From the NCBI GenBank assembly GCA_964016885.1, contig OZ024743.1:105586001-105650000 (forward strand): DNA of 64,000 nucleotides. The letters run 5' to 3'. The stretch comes from Eledone cirrhosa (taxonomy: Eukaryota). Below the pieces are notes generated by a model. It was not told where the DNA came from and searched no databases. It saw only the letters and a program-made list of their open reading frames with translations. Below, piece by piece: positions 24,475-37,914 of this stretch; the stretch's first letter is position 1, and every line of letters begins with the position of its first letter. Position numbers and translations under genes: made by a program.

Positions 24475-26037
24475 CAAGGTTTAGCAAATAAGAAAATGTT
24501 TTAAAATAATTTTTAAAAAGTTCACTGTACCTGCTATAATTACCCTTACCGCGCGGTTTCAAGTCTCAAAATAAATGGATAATCCATGCAGAAAAATCCA
24601 TTGAGAAGAATACTTTCGTCAGAAGGTTCTTCTCACTCTGAGAATATAAAATTCCCGAGTTCAAATCACGAACTGGCGCCATACAGAACTGTTCCCCGAT
24701 GAGAGTGTATGATGAAGAAACAATTTTGTCTATTACTGTGTGTAAAGTTAGAAGGTAGGGGCGGAAAGGTCAATGTACTTTTACTAGAAATAGCAGCAGT
24801 TAAAACGACGAAAATGTTATCTCGACCAGCGGAGTTAATAATAATAAAGTATGTTTCCTTACAGGCAAAATGCATATAGGGACACATGTAATAGTTATAT
24901 ATATGTGTGTGTGCGTATTCATTTAAGCCATAATATTTGATAGAATTGTATGTGAGTCTTGTAATTATTTCGGTTTGATGGATTATTTCTAGAGCAATAG
25001 AGATATATAGACAGAGTAAATGAGAATGAAGTAAATAATGATAGAAGAATTGCACGTAGTATGTTATATCTATTATCTATTTGTCTCTCTCTCCATGTAT
25101 ACATACATACACACTCACACACAAACACACGCGCACAAACACACGGACACATATATTTATATATATATATATATATATGTTTATATAATATATATATATT
25201 ATATATATATTATATATATATATATATACTATAATATATATGTCTGGGTGTATGTGTGTGTTTTTAAATACAAATATAAGTACATAAAACTAATAAAGAA
25301 ACAACCTCACACACACACGTATAAACACACACACACACATGTATATATATATATATATATACATACATATATATGATATATGTTTTACTTCTTTAAATAG
25401 CTGTTTTATTTATCATTGTTTATTTTAGACACGAAAATAATCTACATGCCTCTAGGAGTTCAAGAAAATTACATCGGGATTCACATCGAAAAAATATTTT
25501 GAAAATATGTTCGAGAAAAAAATAACAAAACAAACGAACAAGTAAATACTTAATTACTTTCTAATGAAGAATGGAAATGACTCCAGGGTATCGAGTAGTA
25601 TCTAGTTGTTGTTTTTTATTTTTTTTTTTATTTTATAACATTTTGTATATTTGTATTTATTTTCTGTTTTTTCTTTTATCTTACATTTATATACTTCCAG
25701 AAGCGTGAGAATATATTATGCTTATTTTCATCGGTATTTATCACCCATCCTAAATATATGCGTTACTAAAGAACTATAACTAAAAGGACACAAAAAACAG
25801 TTTGTGATTTGTAACGCCACACAGAACATTATAGGCTTATAGTAATAAGTTCTATGAAAATTGCAGAAATAGTTTAAAAATTGACGACGATCATCTGCAA
25901 CAACAAAAATACAATACTGTGGAAATCAGAAGTCTTTTCATACTGAATATTACTATTATTACTATTATTATTTTTCACACAGAAATGAACCGCAGTAAAA
26001 CACACATAGACACACACGCTGGCCCCCTGTATATGTA

Positions 26038-26152
<115 letters not shown>

Positions 26153-26189
26153 TTGTGTGTGTGTGTGTAGTTACATATACAGGTGTGTG

Positions 26190-26263
<74 letters not shown>

Positions 26264-26270
26264 ATTACAT

Positions 26271-26319
<49 letters not shown>

Positions 26320-28299
26320 CATACCTATATATATATATGTACATATATATATATATGTATAGATACATATATGTACATTTGTGTGATCGTGTGTATGTGT
26401 GTGTGTGTGTTAAGACGATTATTATTTGACACAAGACCATAAAATGTCATTGTAACTCAAGGCAAATTACCAATGACATATTCTCAAAAAGATAGATTTT
26501 GTAGAATTTACCATCATGCATATTCCCTTGAAGGAAGGTGTATTGAAAACGTTCGTGAAAGTATGAGAAAAGGAATGTATCGTGGCAAAAGAAATATAAA
26601 AAGAGCGAAAGCCGTATTAATATATAAAGGAAAACAAAACAATATATGTGAGCGAATAATGTCAGCATAACCCTGAGTATGAAATAACAATTTCGATGTG
26701 ATATGAAGTGTGAATACAAAGGAACGATTGAAAAGTTAAGAAACCACCAGAAGATAATAAACGAACAAATATCATGAAATAATGTGTCAAATCGGCTTGT
26801 CATATGAGAGTTTTGAAGATATTGTTAGAATAGACCTGTTTGGTATATTCTCAGATAAAAAAAAATGGTACAAATCGCATTATATTAGAGTGATACATAC
26901 AAGGCAAATATCTTTTTTTCATGTAACATCAGAGATAAAATATAGGATTTCATGTGGTTAATGAAACTAGGAAGAAACAAAAATCTACATGTAGTCAGAG
27001 TCTTAACTTTGCACGGCCAATTAAGAACAATAACTAAGAAAATCTGTCATTTTTCTAAACTAAACCTAAAACAATTCCATGCTTGCCTACTTTTACTATA
27101 TATAGATGTTTTCCTCAAGAATGAGAACAATTTGTACAATCAATTATATTAACTACGTGTGATTATTACATGTTATTTTATCGACAAGCAGGTGTACGAA
27201 GTAGGATTTAAATCTCATTTCAGTATAGAATGTCGATTATTGCAGGAATATTCTATAGGATTGTTCTACTACCGATAGAATGATTTGATTCGAATGTATG
27301 CAACTTATATGTATATCTACCTTCAAGAAAGAATATATTATTCTCTGTTTTGTTGTGGATTTCGTTGTTGTTGTTTTAATTGTTCTTGCTGTTTTTGTCT
27401 TTGCTTGAAATACTTTCTGTAGCTATAGAAATGTTAAGCTTGCTGGCTTTACAGCTCTTATTAAGTGAATTAGTATGGATGGAGGACGAACAGGTTAACA
27501 TGTGTTACTGCCCCTTTCTTCTCATAATTTAAACTTGCCATTTTCGATTTTAGAAACATTCGAAGAGAAAAAAATCTTTGCAACGGGTTGCACGATGGAA
27601 AATATATGTGTCCTCTACAACGCTTGCCTGGTCACTTACGGAAGCAATTGATGACATTTTTCACCGACCGTGGTCGGTGTAAATATTGAAATCCGAACAA
27701 AAAACTACCCCCGAATGAACTATCGTGTGTAGAGACCCATGGTGTTTCGCATGAGAAACCACACCACGCTGCTTTTACAGCTGGTTTGTTTCTGAATTTT
27801 GTTTAACTGTTTCCGACAATTGTCAAAACATTCTGTTGCCTATATTAGAGTGCTATCCGTCAGTGAAATAACTTCTCCGCAAGCACCATGGTACGGGTTT
27901 TAACGCTCGTTTTAAAACGGGCTTTTATTACCATCTTCCTCAAAATTCAAATATGTCGAGTCATATTAATGTCAACAATGATGAGTCAGCCTTTTCAGAA
28001 GCTGATGAAACTAGTAGCGGTGTGAACGTCATGGAATCATTAGAGAGTGATTCAGTAGTTTTATTAGCAAAAAGATAGTAGCAATTGTTCGTCACCAACA
28101 ACAGCTAAACGTTACCGAAAAAAACCCCCCAAAAAACCACCAAGGGGATTTAGCTACTTTCAGAGAAGAACATTGATTCATGCATAGAAATATCGGGCAA
28201 GCTACACCAGCAGTACCGGAAGATGCCATTTCGAATGTATCACGTACACATGTGTAAAACTCCACATTAAACGCACAAAGTTTCAACCCTCACATATTA

Positions 28300-29848
28300 T
28301 AGAGCGATATACATAAACAAAAAAAGAAAAACTACTCAACTACATACGAGACAACACCCACATTTTGGATACAAATCACGCCATCCCCACAAAACAAATT
28401 CATTTGTATAGACCAAAAAACCTATGGGGACTAACGAGGGACACTCTGAAAAAAAAACATACACATAGACATACTTGTAACGGACCCATAATTGGTCTGA
28501 AGGACGGAGAAACGGTCCTTCCCCCGAAATACTAAGCTAGGTGGCATTTCTCACTATATCTTCTCTTGATCGAACATGGCTTCACTCAGGATATGCAGTG
28601 TAAATGTATGTGGTTTAGGGTCGTCTTGGAAGCTGTGTCACCTGTTCAATGACATCGAATCACTAAACATAGATATGGTGACCATCAGCGAGACCAGAAT
28701 TGACGACGCATGAACTTTCGCACTACTTTTCGGAAGCTATGAGGTATAGACGTATAAAAGTCCTCTCGGATTGCAAAGGAATTGCTGTGTTATTTCTGAG
28801 ACTTGGATCACGTGATACGGACCATCTTCCCGGATCCATAAAGTAAGATGGTGATACAAGACTTGATCTACAGCGAAGAGCATGCTTTCAGGTTTGTGGC
28901 CGTCTATGCCCCTACAGAGTCAAACTGGTCTGATTTCTTCAGACGCCATGAGATCTTTTTAATAACGTCTCGCCCGTAAGTGTTGGCGACTGGAACGGTA
29001 TCCTGAATGCACGCTATGACTCTGTGGGGTGAGCAGACAGGAAAGGAAGGTGCACAAACTTCTCTAACTTACTCAAACGCTTCCAACTGTCTGGCAGATA
29101 ACGACTGGATATCCAGAATCTGCAGTGCTACAGGGGATCACTACCGGTTTGAGATAAATTCTATAGGCGTGGAAGTGAGGTCCGTAGGACCTGTCTGAGA
29201 TGCGGACAGAGCGATCAAACCACTCTACGCGCATTCGTGCAGTACCCGGCTGTTGCTGTCTCGTGGAGTGATGTCAAACAGCTGTTATCGCTTGTAGGAT
29301 GCGTCCCGTTGTCGACCATGTACATCGTGAAGATCACGCTGCAGCCTTCTTTTGTCTGAGAACGACAGGTAGTGTTTTCTCTGCCTGATGGATGTGCGAT
29401 GGATGAGGCTGAAAGGACTGAAAACACACTTTCCTCTTCGAACAATCTCTCATCAAACTTTTCAAGCTCCACTTGGAAAGGAAGGTGAGGGTGGAGATGG
29501 AAATGCTACTCCTCCCCAGTATATTTGGTAAAATGAGGGTGATTGTTGCAAGAATAGGCCTACGCTGACCATGCGCCTATAGGTTGGAAATATTGAAATA
29601 GAGAGCACCAACTTTCTGAGGTGCTCTTGGATAGTTGGGTGGTTCAGGATTGGTGAGGTCCCTGCGCCACCCCCGGACGGTACTCGTCCCTATTAGGGAA
29701 TATTCATTGTTATGTATTTCGTTGTTTACTGTTATCTGTTACTTATATTTTACACGCTTTCATTGTAAGCCACCATTTGCCCTGTCTGTTTTATCGTCCC
29801 TTCTATGTCGGCCTTGTGACCATTAAATAAATTATTATTTTTTATTAT
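28300..29848 (+). mobile_element. Highly decayed, internally deleted Tx1 LINE
   Basis: ATGGCTTCACTCAGGATATGCAGTGTAAATG at ~28576 (ORF2 start homolog), APE remnants to ~29110 joined to the C-terminal CCHC region, 3' UTR like copy B, ATT-rich tail. The 5' limit is uncertain. Confidence 0.75.
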
Positions 29849-31870
29849 GTGCATATTTACCAGAACCGCAGTTAAATGAGTCAAAATAAATAACTATATT
29901 CTGTGTAATAATGCACCCGCAACTATTTCATAACGTTTCTGGGCTTTCAACCAATTTGGTTGTCAACTATTTTACCCAGGCACACCACTTTGGTTTATAA
30001 ATTCCTCAACGCCCCCTGATCAATCATGAAACAAGTTTTGTTTTCCCCAAACATTAGATATGAAGGATCAAATCTAGCTAAAATTAAATTCCAAGAAGTG
30101 GTTGTTGATTTATTTCTCCCAAATTCCTACCTACCATAAGAGTAGCTACTATAGCTGCCAGCTAACCTCTCTCTAAACTAACGGTTGTGTTACGGATGGA
30201 TAGAATATGGTTAAACTGGGGCTGAATAACAACAGCAACAACATAAGGTTGTCATCATCGTAACATTGAGGAAATGATAAAAGCGTAGTGAGGTATAAAT
30301 ATAGCGTTTAAATGATCACTGAACTGGGCTGGTCATGGTTATATTTGATACACTATATTCTGATAAAATCTTTAAGCTGTCCATCTAAGATACGATTGAT
30401 TATGTGAATCGCAGACGTAATAAAAGTGAGTGTAACAAAAAAGTATATTGCTACAATAGTTGGAAATGAATTATTCACGTATTCATCTCTCATTGTCAGC
30501 AGAAACAAATATATAAACACAAATAAGTAAAAATTAAAAGCTGAAATAGAAAAGTCCATAGCAAGAGGAAGTAAATATTTTAGTAATAGAGCACATCTCG
30601 GGAGTATGTCTAGAACCAGTTATTGATTGGGATATGATATTTTTCTATCTAACGTCTATATATCATAGAGATACACAGAAAAGAAAATGCTAAACGGACA
30701 AAGCTATTAAATACAATGGTCTTTTACTGACATTTCTCAGTTCCATTTCACTGGTTTTGCTATTTCCTCTATTTTAGTTTGTCGCCTGTTTTGAGATTTA
30801 TGTTGTTACTGCTGTTTTTAATATTATTTTGTCATTACAGAGAGACGGTTGTTTGGAATCTGTAGGGTGTGGAACAAAATGACTTCCGATAAACTAATGA
30901 TGCTCTGACTGGTAAAAAAAAAAACAACGTTGGATTAAACGTTTTGTAACATTTAGTTTCTTGTTAGCACTCGGTGCGTTCTAATCCAGCTGAAGTATAA
31001 TGCAGTTGTCATATATCCGGGGCCAATAAAATGAGTATCATTCAGAGCAATACGGTTGATTTTGCTGATATATTCTCACAAATCATTTGTGTTTTCTGCC
31101 TCTGTTGTAAAATCGTATTACAAATAAAGGAAGTGTAGATAGAAATTCAGGGCGGTGTAAACAAAAAAGGCATTCCGTTATCTTACTGAAAGAAAAATAA
31201 GAACAGGCTGTCACTTCCCATAAAAGATATGTATTGTTCAACAATCACTTGAAGTGAAGGATCTCGTCTTTTAGTGTTGCATGTACATTATTTAACGTGG
31301 CCGTTTATTATTTGAGACGGCAGGATATACTTTCAGGGACATTTGAGAGATATTTCTAGCAAGTTAGTTGAAAGTATGGCCTCAGCCGGATGGCTGGAAC
31401 AGGTAAAAGATTAAAAGAATAATGGCTTGTCTTGTTCCACCTCTCAGGGTTGATTAACTCTTATCTCCTTCCCCTCTCATATTATATAACAACTACTATA
31501 ATTTTTACACAGACAGATTATGCATATCCGCTCCTTTTCATAACATCTCTGTCTACTCTAGAAATCTTTCTCGGCTTTTCAACTGGAATGATAATGGTGC
31601 TAGTCTCACTAGTTTCGGAGGGACTTGGAAAACCGTAGACATACTTTTTTCTCTAAAGCTAGATGAAGAACGTAAACAAAAAATACAGATACAAAAAACT
31701 TACATAATACAAACATATTTAAAGTAAGGATAAGAATTAGAAATTAAGGTCATTTCAGATTGAACTGTGTTATATATTTAAAATTTAAAACTTTAAATAT
31801 AAACCTAAAACTTTTCAGTCCCTTAACGGCAGAATAAACATATGTGACCGCTTATTATTATCAGAATATA

Positions 31871-32057
31871 GGGCGGTGGATTGGCAGTATCGGTAGATGG
31901 TCGGACGCCATGCTTTGACGCAAAGAGTTACGGCCCTTGCCATTCTGAGTCCAAATCCCGCCGAGGTTAACTTTGCCTTTCATCCTTACGGGGTCGATAA
32001 AATAAAGTACCAGTAATACACTGGGTAATTGCTGGCCTTGTGCCAAAAGTAGAAACA
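31871..32057 (+). mobile_element. SINE family 1, full length, with 17-bp TSD
   Basis: A/B boxes; TSD ATTATTATCAGAATATA at 31854-31870 and 32058-32074. Confidence 0.9.
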
Positions 32058-32535
32058 ATTATTATCAGAATATATCAACCGGTAAAACCGTAGATGGATC
32101 CAGAAATATCCAGCCAAACTGTTCAATATATTGTTAGTATTTTTGTAGACCTAACACGTAATCTTAATAACAAGAAAAAAATCTTAAAAGATTTTGATAG
32201 CAGTATCTTAGGAATGTTTATGTCACACAGTAGCAAATCTCCACAATGAAGCTCTAGGATCTAGCGGAGATACCAAACATTTTGAATATGTTAAACATAT
32301 AGAACCTAGGAAAATCCAACCAAAATGGAACGTCACGTAAATTAACACACATTATTCCATTAAATATGCTACCTTAAACGAAACAAATATTCCTTTAATC
32401 ATCAAATACAATTAAATTTTCCATTTGCATATGAATATAGAAAGATTTTGTATAAAGTATTGCTGTAAATATGTCATTCATCCCTAGCAAACTTTAATCT
32501 ATTAATCTATAAACCTACAATATATGACTAATAAT

Positions 32536-32632
32536 TGTTTCTACTTTGGGCACAAGGCCAGCAATTACACAGTGCATTACTGGTACTTTATTTTATCGAC
32601 CCCGTAAGGATGAAAGGCAAAGTCAACCTCGG
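32536..32632 (-). mobile_element. SINE family 1, 5'-truncated, with 17-bp TSD
   Basis: TSD AATATATGACTAATAAT at 32519-32535 and 32633-32649. Confidence 0.9.
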
Positions 32633-33206
32633 AATATATGACTAATAATAAAACATAATGATTAATTCAAATAATCAAAAGACATGCACTGTTTAGATTC
32701 ACCCCACAATGCAATTGTCATTCACAAAATTATGACATACAAAATATAACCTATGCAACTACTGTCATAATTAGCATGGTACAAAATGAAATAGATTACA
32801 TTGGAATGACAGCATATCATTTTAAAATTAAATATTATCGGAATGATTATACATTTAATAACATTGCAAAAACGATTCGATATTAGTATAGTCATATGTA
32901 TATATGTTTATATATGTTTTTTTAATATTTTAATCTTCAGTATTAGATGGCGCCTTTCAGACAAATCAATATCTTATACACAATCCAATACCTTTTGTAT
33001 CTTATGAAATCTTGAGAAAATCTTATTTTTAAAGCACAATAATAAAACACGAAATAAGTGCAGAGCTAAATGTTATTGACGCCACTTACAACTAACAACT
33101 AACTAACCAACAAACTAATCTAAATATGCTTCCTAGGACTGTTAGAAACAGCAGCCATATTTCAGCCACGTCCAATCTTCTGTCTTTTAAAGCGGAAGGA
33201 TACATC

Positions 33207-33433
33207 GATGGCCTAGTTGTAAGATTGTTGGACTCACAATCATAATATCATGGGTTCCATTCCTGGACTTCCCTCCACTCAGCTGAATATGAGTACCAGT
33301 AATAGCGGGGGTTTAACACTGCGATGGACTGGCGTTTTGTCAAGGGAGGAGACTTGTGCACTAAGTCACTTCACGCCACGAAATCCAGGATAAGTTCCGG
33401 ACTGATGAAACTCCGAGCTCGAGACAGACTTTC
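33207..33433 (+). mobile_element. tRNA-derived SINE, family 2
   Basis: TGGCCTAGTTG A box, GGTTCCATTCC B box, CCTCCACTCAGCTG..GAGTACC core, CTGCGATGGACTGGCG, tail GCTCGAGACAGACTTT. Confidence 0.65.
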
Positions 33434-34119
33434 GATATTTTAGATACATTTGAAATACAGTCCTATATACGATTAACGCCCCTGGAATGACGACTTGAAA
33501 ACGCTTCGTCATATATCTCCTTAAGCAAGTCTGGTCTGAGGTAAAACATCCACTAACTCTGTTTAGTGCGAAAGGTGTACCAATTCTTAATGTTTAATAC
33601 ATCGATAGAAATAGTTTTAGTCCTATTACTAATCACCCACTCTCATATCTATAGACATATATACATACATATACAGACACACACTCATATGCACAATTGC
33701 ATAGATATCAATATACAATAACTAACAATTATGGAGAATTCACTCCCTTTTCATGTTCATATGCTAAATACAAAATTCACACGTTTAAATCTTTTAGACA
33801 TTAAGAATGAATCAAAATGCTTTAAAAGATGGGAAAAGATGGCAATGGAAAACTCCACTTGGTGACTGGGTGGTATTAATATTGTTGCCTTTTATGGTGT
33901 TAATATTTCACATTATTTGCAAGTTTGACAATTAACTTGTGACGAAGCCATTCTTTGCTTGGTTAACGGATAACTCATTAAAATTGCTATTTGATATTGG
34001 ATAATAAACACAAGAGATTACAACGTTATACATTGTTGGTGTGGAATTGTAATATACTTACTATTCAGAGCATACTGTATTGTTATCGTTCTTGTATGAG
34101 TGTTCTTATATATATAGAT

Positions 34120-34445
34120 ATATATATACATAATATATACATATAAATATATATGTGTGTGTATGTATGTACATATATATATATATGTGTATGAATGTAT
34201 ATATATATATATATATACATAATATATACATATAAATATATATGTGTGTGTATGTATGTACATATATATATATATATATATGTATGAATGTATATATATA
34301 TATATACATAATAAATACATATAAATATATGTGTGTGTATGTATGTACATATATATATATGTATGAATGTATATATATATATATACATAATATATACATA
34401 TAAATATATGTGTGTGTATGTATGTACATATATATATATGTATGA

Positions 34446-34482
<37 letters not shown>

Positions 34483-34898
34483 CATAATATATACATATAA
34501 ATATATATATGTGTGTGTATGTATGTACATATATATATATATATATGTATGAATGTATATATATATATATATACATAATATATACATATAAATATATGTG
34601 TGTGTATGTATGTACATATATATATATATGTATGAATGTATATATATATATATACATAATATATACATATAAATATATGTGTGTGTATGTATGTACATAT
34701 ATATATATGTATGAATGTATATATATATATATATATATATACATACATAATATATACATATAAATATATATATGTGTGTGTATGTATGTACATATATATA
34801 TATATATATGTATGAATGTATATATATATATATATACATAATATATACATATAAATATATGTGTGTGTATGTATGTACATATATATATATATGTATGA

Positions 34899-34933
<35 letters not shown>

Positions 34934-35002
34934 CATAATATATACATATAAATATATATGTGTGTGTATGTATGTACATATATATATATATATGTATGGA
35001 TG

Positions 35003-35033
<31 letters not shown>

Positions 35034-35195
35034 GTATATATATATATATATATATATACGTTATTCCGGGTTGAATCGGAGGTAACCACAGTAAGCAAGG
35101 TACTCAATACATACCACCTTATATTTATATGTATATATTATGTATATATATATACATTCATACATATATATATATATATATATATGTACATGCAT

Positions 35196-35226
<31 letters not shown>

Positions 35227-35377
35227 CATAATATATACATATAAATATATATGTGTGTGTATGCATGTACATATATATATATATATATATATGTATGAAT
35301 GTATATATATATACATAATATATACATATAAATATATGTGTGTATATGTATGTACATATATATATATGTATGTATGA

Positions 35378-35412
<35 letters not shown>

Positions 35413-35659
35413 CATAATATATACATATAAATATATATGTGTGTGTATGCATGTACATATATATATATATATGTATGAATGTATATATATATATATACAT
35501 AATATATACATATAAATATATGTGTGTATATGTATGTACATATATATATATGTATGTATGAATGTATATATATATATATATATATACATACATAATATAT
35601 ACATATAAATATATATGTGTGTGTATGTATCTACATATATATATATATATGTATGGATG

Positions 35660-35690
<31 letters not shown>

Positions 35691-35776
35691 GTATATATAT
35701 ATATATATATATATACGTTATTCCGGGTTGAATCGGAGGTAACCACAGTAAGCAAGGTACTCAATACATACCACCT
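34120..35776. repeat. TA-derived ~60-70-bp minisatellite array with an internal inversion and a duplicated 60-bp unique tag
   Basis: Unit ATGAATG(TA)nCATAATATATACATATAAATATATGTGTGTGTATGTATGTACA(TA)n. Tag CGTTATTCCGGGTTGAATCGG...ATACCACC at 35059 and 35716. Inverted unit at 35119-35210. Confidence 0.85.
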
Positions 35777-35920
35777 GAAAAGACCTATAAATGCCACTTT
35801 TACTTTTGGATAGCCTGATTCTTGATGATTTCTAAAGAATGAAACAGTTCTAGTCCTGTAGAATCTCATCTATATTAAAACTATATATATATATATTTGT
35901 GTGCGTGTGTGTGTGTGTGT

Positions 35921-35996
<76 letters not shown>

Positions 35997-36102
35997 ATAT
36001 ATATAATATGGGGTCGATTTAATCGACTTTCTCCTCACCACCAAATTACTCGCATTGTGCCTATAGTAGAAATCATTATTATTATTATTATCGTTGTTGT
36101 TA

Positions 36103-36320
36103 GGGCAGTGGATTGGCAGTATCGGTAGAGGGTTGAACGCCATACTATGCAGCATAGAGTTACAGCCCTTTATGATCTGAGTTCAAATCCCGCCGAGGTT
36201 AGCTTTGCCTTTCATCCTTACGAGGTCCATAAACTAAAGCACCAGTAATGCACTGAGGTCTATTTAATCGACTTTCCCCGCCCCCAAAATTGCTGGCCTT
36301 GTGCCTATGTAAGAAACTAT
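36103..36320 (+). mobile_element. SINE family 1 (long variant), preceded by a partial 3' copy at 36010-36075
   Basis: Same head and boxes as 31871; extra ATTTAATCGACTTT segment repeated upstream. Confidence 0.8.
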
Positions 36321-36773
36321 TATTATTGTTGTGTTTATTATTATTATCGTTGTTGTTTGGTCTGTCAAGGCGTATCTGAATGTCGCTATGTAAGTTGTTT
36401 TAATTTTCAAGTGTTTACATTTAATTCATTTTTATATTTTTGTTATAAACTATTGACAGCACGTTACATATTTCCCTGTATTAAGGGGACTCCATAATAT
36501 TTGGGCTTTGGGTCCAAATACTTGAATTTTATATTTTCGAAAAAATATTTTTTCTGCGAAAAAAAACAAAACGAAATATATGGACGGAATATGCCCGCCA
36601 ACTTCAAGCCAGTGGTCGCGTGACAACTGTTCAAAGGTTCAACTGAATGACAACACGCCCACCACCACCACCATGATAAAGACTAGCAACATGCTAGGCA
36701 GTATTGCCAACCACAACCACAATATATATAGATGATGCAACACTGATGCTTTGTTCCCTAATAATAATAATAA

Positions 36774-37587
36774 CTAGCAGTGGTACCCGGCGTTGCACGG
36801 GATAAGGTATTTTGGAACGCGGACCGTCAATAGACCTAAAAACTGCATGCCTGGACAATATGTTAAGAAAATATACCGAATACTCTGATGGCTGGATAAT
36901 CTTTAAGATTTTCCTCGATGAAGCAGGAAAATGCAGGTTTTCACCTAATGCGGGCCCTAAGGGATCAAGAAAATGAATTTTTTTAATGTGCATAATATGC
37001 CTTGAAATTTCGGGAAAAATCGGCTAGACGTGACGCCTCCAAAAAGCCCTAAGAAGCTGAAATAATGAAGTTTTTCACCTAATGCGGGCCCTAGTCCATA
37101 AGAAAGTTGGATCTTCTTTGCTTACGGTATGAAGAAGAGACTGACTAATACATAGTTACAATTTCAAGGAAATCGGTCTGACGTAACGCCTCAAAAAACC
37201 TCTAAACATGTTCAACAACGCAGTTGTTCACCTAATGTGGGCCCTAGGAGATAAAAAAAAGTTGAATTAGGGATTCAAACTCACACACACACACACAGAC
37301 ATCCTAAAGAAAGTGACGTAATGCAGACTTTGGGACATACAAACAGATATTATAAGGGGCGACGTTATAAGTATGTATCTATCTAAAAATAGAAAACTAC
37401 GAATTATAGAGCGAGATCGCTTAATCGCCTAATGTGGTCCCTGTGGCATAGAACATTTGAAAATTTCTTTGCTCAGAACACTCCTTGCAACATATGTATT
37501 ACATGTGTAAAGTCTGAAAAGAGTCAGTTGGGTGGTTCTCGAGTTTTAGGGATTCGAACTCAAACACACACAGACAGACATCCTCAG

Positions 37588-37628
<41 letters not shown>
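36774..37628 (-). mobile_element. Non-autonomous Helitron inserted in the (TAA)n tail of Tx1 copy C
   Basis: Minus strand A|TC start and CCCGTGCAACGCCGGG hairpin + CTAG|T end. Internal ~135-bp triplicated unit (TTTTCACCTAATGCGGGCCCTA). TAA repeats on both sides. Confidence 0.85.
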
Positions 37629-37634
37629 TAATAA

Positions 37635-37671
<37 letters not shown>

Positions 37672-37914
37672 GTTTTCTTTATTAACCACAAGGGTTTACA
37701 TAAAGTAGACATTAAGGACAGTACAGGACAATACAGGACGGTACAAATGGGCATTTCTGCGTGTAAAAAAAACAGGATGTAATAAAATAACAAAGAAAAA
37801 TTCCCCAATAGGGGGGGAGACTACCCGAGGGACATTTGTGGAGAAAGCCCATTAAAAGACCACAGTGACCCTGACCACCAGGGCAAGTGCCCTTTCCCAG
37901 TTTTCCACCTTTAA

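Noticed and set aside
30841-30911. Candidate exon (TTACAG...GTAAAA)
   Set aside because: Stops in all three frames and no partner exons; cannot be supported without RNA data.
33406-33432. CTGATGA motifs here and at 2844 (-), 19244, 28002, 44793 (-), 60449, 62533 and 62935 (-)
   Set aside because: No stem II followed by GAAA, UH and a pairing stem I, so not hammerheads.
34018-35869. Long ORFs of up to 333 aa (YIYI/HTHT rich) here, and similar ones at 8.2-9.6, 16.4, 26 and 62 kb
   Set aside because: Translations of TA/CA repeats that lack stop codons by composition; no protein signal.
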